Of a stretch of DNA of 64,000 nucleotides, positions 47,301 to 57,585 are shown one piece after another; position 1 is the stretch's first letter, and every line of letters begins with the position of its first letter. The translations under genes and the position numbers were made by a program. The DNA comes from Mobula birostris (Eukaryota). The DNA lies in the NCBI RefSeq assembly GCF_030028105.1, contig NC_092383.1:87625921-87689920 (forward strand), read 5' to 3'. Below the pieces are notes generated by a model. The model made no database searches. It was given only the letters and a program-made list of their open reading frames with translations, and was not told the DNA's origin.

Positions 47301-50300
47301 CAAGAAAGAACAACCTGCTTAATAGAATTAGCCATTCCAAACACATATTACCTACAGAAATCAATAAGTGAAAAACACCAGAAATATGCTCAATTAAAAG
47401 AGGAAATTGAAAGTCAAGACTTTTGAACATGAACAGGGTATACATTGTCCTGATAGCAATATCTACAACTGCTATCATCCCAAATGCACAACACAATAGC
47501 ATTAAACAATTAGGGCTACACAGCAATTTCTATATAAATCTTCAGAAAGGCACAATACTAACCAGCACCAGAATAGTCCGAAAGTTCCTAATAATTGTGA
47601 AATGGGTGTGCTTAGCTCTGCCTGCACCTCAGGTTTTACCAGCTTGAGCTGAGAAAAAAGTGTTTTTGTAACAATAATAAATAAGCAATAAATATCAAGA
47701 CCAGTAGAATCCTTAAAACTGAATCCATCGATTGTGGAATTAGTTCAGTGATGGGATGTGTGAAGTTATCCTCTCTGATTCAAGTCCCTGATGTTCCAGG
47801 GGTAATAACCAGTCCTAAAATAGATTTTTTATTTGTATAGCACTCTTAACGTAGAAAGCACCATGAGGCACCTCACAAGACTTAACAGCCAAGATGCTGA
47901 CACAAAGCTATGGGATGAGATGTAAGAAGTGAAAGCAGAAATCCATTTTGCTCAGTTGTTCAGGTAGTATCTGTGGAAAGAACGAACATTAAAGTTTTAG
48001 CTTCTAGGTCTTTTGTCAGACATCTCTAGCATGGACACAAGAGAGGGCAATACACAAAATACCGTAGGAACATTTTGTGTCCTGAAATCTCAACTGTCCA
48101 TTATCCTCCTTAGATACCGCCTGAGGTGTTGAGTTCCTCCAGTGTTTTGTGTGTTCCTGCTGGGGTAGAGCCTGACGTGTTAACTGCTTCATTGTCCACT
48201 GACACCTCCTGACCAGCAGAGTGGTTCCAGACCTTCCTGTTTATATTTCAGAATTCCATCATCTGCAGTGCTTCTTTTTTGGCTTGATTTTCCTCTGCTG
48301 ATAAGGCATTAGGTAAATGAGCAAGGTGTGGGCGAGGGCGTCTTATGGAGAGCTTAAAAGAGGAGCGAGTTGGAGAGGAGTAGAAGGGCAAAAGGTTGAA
48401 GGCATGCCTGCAAGTATTAGAGGGGTCAAGAGGCTGTATTTGGAGGAGTGCAGAGATCTGGGTTGTTAAAGGGCTTGAGATTCTGGAGATGGGAACAAGG
48501 CAAGATAATGCAGTAAAACGAAAGCAAGGATGAGTACTTCGAAGATTCTGTTTAATAGAAAAGATCAGCAATTGCAAAGATGTCAGGTAATTGGAGCTTG
48601 GTGCGAGTTAGGACACAAGGACCAAAATTTCAAATGATCTTAAGTTCTCAAGTGAACACTCGGGAGTTATTAGACGGAAGAGGTTCTGAAGTTGCTGGAA
48701 ATCTTGAGCAACACGCACAAAGTGCTGGAGGAAATTAGCAGGTCAGGCAGCTTCTGTGCAGGGAAATAAACAGTTGACATTTCAGGCTGAGACCTTTCAT
48801 CAGGACTGGAAAGGAACGGGGCAGAAACAAGAGTAAGATCGCGGGAGGAGTGGGAGGCGTACAAGCTGGTAGGTGATAGAGGAAACGATGTGAAGGGATA
48901 GGTGGGGGAGGTGGAGAAGCTGGGAGATGAGGTGGGGAAAGGTAAAGAGCTGAAGAAGAGATCAGTGGATCATGGAATAAAGGGGAGGAGGTAGGGAACC
49001 ACAAGGAAGTGATAGGCAGGTAATGAGGGTGGGAGAGGAGAAGTGAAGGGATGAATGGGTAACCAGAACAATGAATGAAAAATGGGGGAAATAAGGGTGG
49101 GGTGTAATTACCAGATGTTAGAGAAATCAGCACAAAATGTAGGCTGTTTATTCCCCTCCATTGACGCTGCCTGACCTGATAAGTTACTCCAGAATTTTGC
49201 ATGTGCTACTGAGTTATTAATCTGTTACAATTTTTATGCTTTAACATGTTCATTATATGTTCACATTGAACAGTTGCAAATGCTACTCTAAGAGGACCAC
49301 AAGTAGTAAATGGAAATGAGGGAGAATCAGTCCAGATTACCTGTACCTACCACATGTTTTTCCGCAACTATCAGAAATACTGGTGCAAAGGCAAGAATAG
49401 GTCAGCCTGTACCATTCTGGTAAAAACTCAAGGCTCTGAGAAGACAATCTCTGAAGGCAGGATAAGCATTAAAGATGATAAAAGAGTCGGGGAGTTTACA
49501 GTCACCATGGACCAGCTAACTCTGAATGATCAAGACATGTATTGGTGTGGAATTATCAGATTTTTGATGGACCTGCAAATTCCTGTAAAACTGGACATCT
49601 TTGAAAGTAAGGCTTGAATATACTTCTGTAATTATTAATGTTTTTTTGCATAGACTGCTGTATGGCTTAATGCATAATTTGCTAAATTGTTCAAAGCTTT
49701 CAACAGAATTGCATTGTAGATATGGGCAGAGAAAGGGCAGTTCATATTTAATTTGAAAAGTGTGAGGTGTTGTATTTGCGGAGGGCAAACTTAAGGGGAA
49801 AGTACTGAGAGAATGGCAGGACCTTAAGACCATTGATGCACAGTGGGATCTTAAGGTCAAATCCATTGCTCTTGTAAGTGGCAACATCAAAAGATGCCAC
49901 AGCAACGTAGCAGTTAGCATGACGATATTACAGCCTGGGGTGTCAGAATTCAGAGTTTGATCCCAGGGTCCTCTGTAAGGACACTTTTTGTGGGTTTTCT
50001 CCAGACCTCCCAGATTCCTCCCACAGTCCAAACATGTACTGGTTAGTAGGTTAATTGGTCATTGTAACTAGTCCTGTGATTAGGTTATGGTTAAATTGGA
50101 GTTGTCGGGGGTTGCTGGGCGGTGCAGCTCAAAGGGCCAAAAGAACTATTCCATGCTGTATCTCCAAATAAAAATAAATAAACAGGGCGGTAAGTAAGGC
50201 ATTTGGCATGCTTGCCTTTAGCAGCTGGGGTATTGGGTATAAAATTCAAGAAATCATGTTGCAGCTGTATGAAAGTTTGGTCAGGCCACATTTGGAGTTA

Positions 50301-53300
50301 GTGTTCGGTTCTGGTTGTCCCATAACATTAAGGGTGGAGAAGATTTGGAGAGGGTGTCTGGGAAGTACACCATGATGCTGACAGCATAAGTGGATATGAG
50401 CTATAAGAGAGGCACCTAGCATCTGGGTAAAATAAAGCTCACCCTGTACATCTCCCCTAAACTTTCTCCCTTTAGTCTTAAAGCTATGCCTTCTACTATT
50501 TGACATTTCTCTCCTGGGAGAGACTCTATCTACCCTATCTATGTTTCCCATAATTCTATAAACTATCAGATCTCCCCTCAGCTTTCGGTAATCCAGAGAA
50601 AACAATTCAAATCTGTCCATTCTCAGGTTATAGCTCATATCCACTTATGCTGTGAAAGGTGGTTGTACAAGCAGACATTATTCGTTTGTTTATTACGTGC
50701 CGTGTTGTAAGACAGAGGCGATCATGGTCCTTCCATGACCACAATTGTTCTTGGCAAATTTTCCTACAGAAGTGGTTTGCCATTGTCTTCTTCTGGGCAG
50801 TGTCTTTACAAAGCTCTTCAGCGATTGTCTGCCTGTCATCAGTGGTCACATAACCAGGGCTTGTGATACGCACCAGCTGCTCCTATGACCATCCACTGCC
50901 TGCTCCCATGGCTTCACGTGATTCTGATCAGGGGGCTAAGCAGGTGCTACACCTTGCCCAAGGGTGACCTGCAGGCTAGCGGAGGGAAGGAGTATCTTAC
51001 ACCACCTCTGGTGGAGACATGTTTCCACCCTGCCACCCATAACATGAGAGCGATATTTAAGAGGCATTTAGACAGACATATAAACATGAAAGGAAGGGAG
51101 GAATATGGATCATGTGCATGGAAGATGCAAGTTCTTTCATTTGGCACCATAGCACAGAAACAAAGGAATGAAGGGCCCTTTCATGTGCTGTACTATTCTA
51201 AAAAATAAATAAAAATCTATTAAGCAATTAAACTATATCCTGTTGATATTAGTTTCATGCCATTATATTTTATATACAGTACTTGCTTAGTGCAAAGTAA
51301 ATGGCATGGATTATAATGAACATTTACCTGCACAAGCACCTAACAGATATTTCCCTCATTTCTAACAGGTCATCAGTTACTTCCTCCAGTCACAGATAAC
51401 TTATCAGTGCAGGAAATCAGGTAAAAGCAAAATCTTTATAAAATTATACCTTACAAGCACTTGCTCTATATCTGCACAACTGTAACGATGAATAATATTT
51501 TACTGCTGTGCATGGGATGATTAATGATTCTTTGAGGATCTACAGGTCAAAATCAGACTCCAAATAAGGATTTATTATCACTGCCTTGTGTGATGTAAAA
51601 TCTGTTGCTTTGCAGCAGCAGAATAGAGCAAAGACTTAAAATTAATATAATTTACAAAATAAATAAATTGCGCAAATAAAAGGAACAATGAAGTAGTATT
51701 CTTAGGATCATGGACTGTTCAGAACTCTGATGACGAATGGAAGAAGCTGTTCCTAAATCACTGAGTGTAGATCTTCACGTTCCTGTAACTTCTCCTTGAT
51801 GGTAGAAATGAGAAAAGGCCATGTCCCTGATGGTGAGTGATCTTAATAAAGGATGCCACTTTCTTAATGCGCCACCTCCTGAACATGCCCTTGATGGTGG
51901 GGAAGGTTGTGTCTGCCATTGAGCTAGTTGAGTCTACAACCCTCTCCAGCCTTTTGCGATCTTGTGCATTGAAGCCTCTATACCCGGGTGTAATGCAACC
52001 AGTCAGAATGATCTCTGCTTTACATCTATACAAATTAGCAAATCTTTGTTGATATGCTCAAACTCCTAATGAAGGAGAGCCTTCTTTGTAGTCACATTAA
52101 TGTGTTATGCGCAGGATAGAAGCTCGGAGATGTTGACATCCAGAAACTAGAGGCTGCTCACTTTTTCCACCACTACTAGTCTCCTCAATGTGGATTGGTA
52201 TGTGTTCTCCCAATGCTCCGTTCCTAAAGTCCACAATTAATTCCTTGGTTTTATTGACATTGAGTGCAAAGTTGTTACAACACCACTCAGCCATCAAATC
52301 TGTCTCAATCCTGTATGCCTCCTTGTCATCATCTGGGATTTTACCAGCAGTGGTGTCATCTGCATTAGGAAATTGAAGATTTATTTTAAACCATTTCAGA
52401 GTCAGATGAATATTATTGATCATGCAAAAATGTAAAATGGGTGCTAGGGAATCAATGTGCTGAATTTCTCCTGCTGATGCCTATGCCCTAATGTTATAAG
52501 TAGAGCTACTAGGACTTGATGTTTCAATCTCTATGGTAAGTCGGCACTCTCGATGTTGGCAGTGGGCTTGGATAATGTAGACACTACCAGTGCTTGCTGA
52601 AACTAAACCATGAAACTAGTGCAGCTTGCTGGTTTCAGATGATCTACAGTTTAATTTCGAAATCCCCGCGTTGCTGTCAGTGGGACAGTAGCGGTTACTT
52701 GAAAAGGAAACCAAAATTGCCGAGAGACTAATTGAGCGACTCAATACTGTATTGCCACACCTCCAAATAACAGTGTTCCAAGTCAAAAAAAGCACGTTCA
52801 ATCCTTTATTACAAAACCAGCAAAGGCGAACGATTTTATACAGCGAGAAACAATATTAATGATATAAGCAACTACGCAGTCAACAAAAAATATCCAAACC
52901 CTGCTCAGTCTCTATCTCTAACTAAACTAACAACACAAAGGGTGAATAGGTGACTGTGCTCATTTGTTTGTACCACACCCGACCCACAAGGAAAATTATC
53001 ATAACCCAAAATAAAACGCTTACACGGATAAGTGCCAGGAGGGAGATCAGTGGGGAGGGATGGGGGGGACGACTGGACAAGGGAGTTGCGTAGGGAGCGA
53101 TCCCTGCGGAATGCAGAGGGGGGGAGGGAAAGATGTGCTTAGTGGTGGGATCCCTCCTGGCACTTATCCGTGTAAGCAGAACAAGTGCTACACATGCCCT
53201 TACACTTCCTCCCTTACCACCATTCAGGGCCCCAAACAGTCCTTCCAGGTGAGGCAACACTCCACCTGTGAGTCGGCTGGGGTGATATACTGCATCCGGT

Positions 53301-55557
53301 GCTCCCGATGTGGCCTTCTATATATTGGCGAGACCCGACGCAGACTGGGAGACCGCTTTGCTGAACATCTACGCTCTGTCCGCCAGAGAAAGCAGGATCT
53401 CCCAGTGGCCACACATTTTAATTCCACATCCCATTCCCATTCTGACATGTCTATCCACAGCCTCCTCTACTGTAAAGATGAAGCCACACTCAGGTTGGAG
53501 GAACAACACCTTATATTCCGTCTGGGTAGCCTCCAACCTGATGGAATGAACATCGACTTCTCTAACTTCCGCTAATGCCCCACCTCCCCCTTGAACCCCA
53601 TCTGTTACTTATTTTTATACACACATTCTTTCTCTCACTCTCCTTTTTCTCCCTCTGTCCCTCTGAATATACCCCTTGCCCATCCTCTGGGTCCCCCCGC
53701 CCCTTGTCTTTCTTCCCGGACCTCCTGTCCCATGATCCTCTCGTATCCCTTTTGCCTATCACCTGTCCAGCTCTTGGCTCCATCCCTCCCCCTCCTGTCT
53801 TCTCCTATCATTTTGGATCTCCCCCTCCCCCTCCAACTTTTAAATCCCTTACTCACTCTCCCTTCAGTTAGTCCTGACGAAGGGTCTCGGCCTGAAACGT
53901 CAACTGCACCTCTTCCTAAAGATGTTGCCTGGCCTGCTGCGTTCACCAGCAACTTTTATGTGTGTTGCTTGAATTTCCAGCACCTGCAGAATTCCTGTTG
54001 TTACCAGCTGTAAGGAGTTTGTACAATTTCCCCGTGACTGTGTGGGTTTCCCCAGGTGCTCCAGTTTCCTCCCACATTCCAAAGATGTACCGGTTATTAG
54101 ATTAATTGGTCATTGTAAGTTGTTCTGTGATTATCCTCAGGTTAAATAGGTGGTTTGCTGGCGGATTCAGCTTATTGGGCTGGAATGGGCTGGTCTGCAC
54201 TGTATCTCTAAATAAATAAACGGGCACAATCAAATGGCAGAGTACACCCGATAGGCCAAATGGCCTATTCTGCTCCTATCTTTAATGATCTATGGCCTTC
54301 TGGGAATTTACCAGTCCCTAAAAATTAATTTAATGTATGTGGATAGGGTATTCTTATGACAACACTTTTGGCCCTTCAGATCCATGCTGACTCCTAGGGA
54401 GGCAATCTCATCAATCTGGTCCCCTCTCTCTTTCCCTGTACCCCAGCTACATATTCTCTCTCACAAATGTCTATCAACTCCCTTTGAATCTTTTTAACAT
54501 TAACCAACACTAAGGGGCAGTTTACAGTGTTCAGTTTGCCAATCAGTAAGTCTTTTGGTGATGGGAGGAAACCAGATCATTTGGGGAAAGGCAACGTGGA
54601 AACTCCACACAAAAAGCACCCAAGTTCAGGATTGAATGTGGGCCCATGGAAATGGGAGGTACCAGCACTAACTGCTCCACCATCACGTCACAAGGTAACA
54701 TTATCTGTTACTCTGTACAAAGAAAGCATGAAAGAGTCAACTTCACCTCACAGACCTTCTGTTTATTACACTGTGCAACATAGGCTGCAGCAGAGGTTTG
54801 GAAGCAAGGCAGTAATTACATTGCATCACTGATCTGGGAAATCAGGGGTTCAAATTCCAGCAAATCAGACAGACAATGTATACTTATTTAATTAACTACA
54901 TTAATTAAATAGATATAGAAAATAAACTAATATCAAAAAGATTTTTTTGCATGAAAACACATCTGGTTTATCAAAGTCTAGGGAAGGAAGTCTGCCAGCC
55001 TTAAATAGTCTGGTATATGTATGACTCAGTACTCAAACCAATGGGTTTGACTTGTAATTTTCCACTGAAATGGTTTAACTCTTTGCATGACCTTTACATC
55101 TACCTTAGGGGTTCCCAACCTGGGGTCCATGGACCCCTTTGTTAACCGTAAGGCTCTAGAGCATAAAAAAAGTTAAAATAAATATAATATAAAATAACTG
55201 ACCAACAACATAATAACAAACCAACAGCATAATGAGCCTACAACGTAACAGGCCAACAGCATAATGAGCCTACAACGTAACAGGCCAACAGCATAATGAG
55301 CCTACAACGTAACAGGCCAACAGCATAAAGGGCCTGCAACATAACAGGCCAACAGCATAACAGGTCACTAACACCACAACTATCTTGCAATCAAATACAA
55401 ATATCGGTTCACACATGTCATAAATGTTTTTGATTAAACTAGCTGCCTCTTTCCTCACAGGAAAAATAATTCCAAATACCATTTCATATGGAGCATTTTA
55501 CGTTGGATCTTCTTTGTCATTCTTCTTCTCTGGGGTATAGTGGCCATGAGAATATAG
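41268..55557 (+). CDS. Gene 2: CD300/CMRF35/pIgR-like (MDIR-type) activating-type Ig-V receptor, 173 aa
   Basis: Exons 41268-41307, 49274-49606, 51369-51420 and 55461-55557 are phase-compatible (1,1,2) and total 522 nt including TAG. Confidence 0.87.
43869..45467 (+). mobile_element. Penelope-like (Poseidon-type) retroelement, 5'-truncated, RT plus GIY-YIG
   Basis: [25 protein letters not shown]. The GIY-YIG region has a 22-nt deletion relative to the 53 kb copy. 13-bp TSD TATTCCATAATCC at 43856-43868 and 45468-45480. Confidence 0.92.
45335..45370 (+). ncRNA. Minimal type I hammerhead-ribozyme-like motif in the Penelope terminal repeat
   Basis: AGTC-CTGACGA-A-GGGT(ctca)GCCT-GAAA-CGTC-GACT: core boxes, stem I AGTC/GACT, predicted cleavage after GUC at 45366. 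Related motifs at 16149-16184, 53870-53905, 59875-59911. Confidence 0.55.
48673..49210. mobile_element. Older Penelope-like fold-back insertion
   Basis: Minus terminal repeat with tail on the left, short inverted arm ~49135-49210 on the right; 9-bp TSD GAGTTATTA at 48664-48672 and 49211-49219. Confidence 0.65.
49274..49606 (+). CDS. Gene 2 Ig-V exon
   Basis: aacag|...|gtaagg, 333 nt, phase 1-1; [53 protein letters not shown]. Confidence 0.92.
51369..51420 (+). CDS. Gene 2 stalk exon
   Basis: ttccctcatttctaacag|...|gtaaaa; phase 1-2; encodes [17 protein letters not shown](R). Confidence 0.78.
51570..52370 (-). mobile_element. Rex1-type LINE, decayed
   Basis: [26 protein letters not shown]; [14 protein letters not shown]. 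Confidence 0.7.
53017..54002 (+). mobile_element. Penelope-like element, 5'-inverted, with intact GIY-YIG domain
   Basis: ORF 53060..53575 has [30 protein letters not shown]; 53017-53153 is inverted upstream element sequence. Confidence 0.88.
55221..55364 (+). repeat. 32-bp minisatellite, ~4.5 copies
   Basis: CCAACAGCATAATGAGCCTACAACGTAACAGG starts at 55221, 55253, 55285, 55317 and (partial) 55349. Confidence 0.92.
55461..55557 (+). CDS. Gene 2 TM exon with intramembrane Arg and stop codon
   Basis: cctctttcctcacag|; [32 protein letters not shown]; Arg codon at 55501-55503, TAG at 55555-55557; donor |gtaagg after 55571. Confidence 0.88.
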
Positions 55558-55974
55558 ACAAAGAAAACCTGGTAAGGTTTCTTTCTAATTGATTGTTTCC
55601 GTACTTACAGGTTCATCCTTAAGAACATCTAAGAGCTATTCTTTGAAAACATCTTCATAAATACTTCTGAAATGAAAACACAACACTGTAAATAGACCAT
55701 AGACCTTGGAAGTAAGCATTTGCCAATTATGAAGTACCAATGGCGTTTAAATTGTTTCTATTAAAACAATAGTTTCTCCAAAGTTTAAATCGCATGCAAT
55801 GGACTGAATACACTCCAGCTATGCCTATGCCATGAATGATTCCATATCTGTGTTGATCAAAATGAGGGAGCACTTTGCTGTGAAACAAATCCTCTTTCCT
55901 TCTTCTTTGATTACAGCTTGACATAACTAATGTGTTTTTAATGCCTCCAACTGCAGACTTACCGTGGACTTAGA

Positions 55975-56830
55975 ACAAAGATCATAGAACAGTAGAGCAC
56001 AGTAAAGGTCCTTCAGTCCATGATGTTGAGACGATCTTTTAAAATACTCCAAGATCAATCTAACCTTTCCCTCCCACATAACTATTTTTCTTTCATCCAT
56101 TAGTTTAAGTCTCTCTTAAGTGTCCTTAAAGTATCTGTCTGTACGAACATCCCTGGCAGTGTGTTCCATGCACCCACCCCCATTTTCTATGTAAAAAAAA
56201 CATACCTCTAACATCCTTCCTACTACACTTTTCTCCAATCACCTTAAAATTAAACCCTTTTCTATTAGCCATTGCCACCGCGGGAAAAAGGTGCTGGCTA
56301 TCCACTCCATCTATGCTTCTTGTCATTTATAAATCTCTAGCAAGTTACTTCTCATCCTCCTTCACTCCAAAGAGAAAAGCCCTAGCTCACTCAACCTTCC
56401 CTTATAAAACGTGCTCTCTAATCCAGGCAGCATCCTGGTAATCTCATCTGCACCCTCTTTAAAACTTCCACATCCTTCCTATAATGAAGTGGCCAGAACA
56501 GAACACAATACTCCAAGTGTGGTTTTATGGAGCTTCATCATACTAATGAAGGCTTATGCCTTCTTAACCACCCTAACAACTTGCAGGGCAACTTTGAGGG
56601 ATCTATGGATATGCACAGCAAGATCTCTCTGTTTCTTCATAGTGCTAAAAGTCTTGCCTTCAGGTTTGAACCTTCCAAAGTGGATCACTTCACACCTCTC
56701 TGGATTGAACTCCATCTTTCTTTTCTCAGCCCAGCTCTGTATTCTGTCTATGTCCTATTGTAACTTACGACAAACTTTTACTCTACCCAACACCACCAAC
56801 TTTATGTCATCTGCAAAATTTTCTTGTAAA
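55975..56830 (-). mobile_element. CR1 LINE 3' fragment, decayed
   Basis: (ATAGAAC)n-like tail; reverse strand shows CR1 RT and 3' motifs ending near the FADD region (gcagatgac). Confidence 0.65.
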
Positions 56831-57031
56831 ACTTTCAATAGGATTTACAGACAGGCTGTCAGTTCCTTGACCTGCTGGGTATCTTGCACTCTCTGATTTT
56901 ATTCATTAACACAATAGTGCCTTTTAATCAGCATGTGCTTAAATTAATGATTGTTAAGGGGAAATTGATGGAACACAAAGCTCGCATTCTGCTTTGCAAG
57001 ATATGAGTCATTCTTTGTTTTTGTCTTCCAG

Positions 57032-57585
57032 GTTGTAAGGGTCTGCTACATTACACAGTTGCTCCATATCTCACCAACACCTTCAAGACTATACAGCCAA
57101 CTAAAGAGCAAGAACTATCCTCGACATGCTCGGATTCACCACGCACACATCATGGACTGGCGCACTGATGCTGTGCTGTCAAAACCGCTGATCATCTTGC
57201 TGTGTCTCTGCTCCCCAATACTAGGGAAATACAGCACACAGGGAAAATGTTGCACACTGGTGTCTTGCTGTGTAAAATGGAACTTCCATTAATCTCAGTT
57301 AGACCCATAGCTGGGGGCTGGAAAGCAGAAATGGTGGGGAACCAGTCTGTAAGGAAAGTCCAGGGCTACAAACCTACCACCATGTATTTTAGCTTCAATT
57401 ACACTTAAGGGGACTCCTCAAGTTGTGATGACCACCTTTTGGATTTATTGTAGGAAGCAAAGGAACTTACTTCTCTAAGAGTAAGAGAGCCAATGCTGGT
57501 CTTCTCAATAGGAGCATCAGTGTAGTTGGTCCCCACAGCTCCAAGACCTAAAATATCAATAAACAATTGAATTTTGTCATCTTGC
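57032..57585 (+). other. Candidate last (3'UTR) exon of gene 2
   Basis: Strong acceptor ttctttgtttttgtcttccag at 57031; AATAAA at 57558-57563. An alternative strong acceptor lies at 55916. Confidence 0.35.

Larger units (their letters stand above)
42490..47660 (+). mobile_element. Dong/R4-clade RLE LINE: short 3' fragment (42490-42608) followed by a longer copy (42610-42911 plus 46737-47660)
   Basis: [41 protein letters not shown]|[12 protein letters not shown] rejoins in frame across the CR1. It continues with [44 protein letters not shown] and TRIVRKFL. Confidence 0.8.
42258..47815 (-). mobile_element. Rex1-type 3' tail remnant split into 42258-42484 and 47668-47815 (outer host of the nest)
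   Basis: Rejoined halves match the uninterrupted copy at ~27755-28070 (aagttcaaagtaaatttatt...aataaataagcaataaatatc...tccatcgattgtgg). Confidence 0.65.

Noticed and set aside
40355-55364. CRISPR-like arrays at 40355-40501 and 55221-55364
   Set aside because: Head-to-tail tandem repeats with no unique spacers, in eukaryotic DNA with no cas genes.
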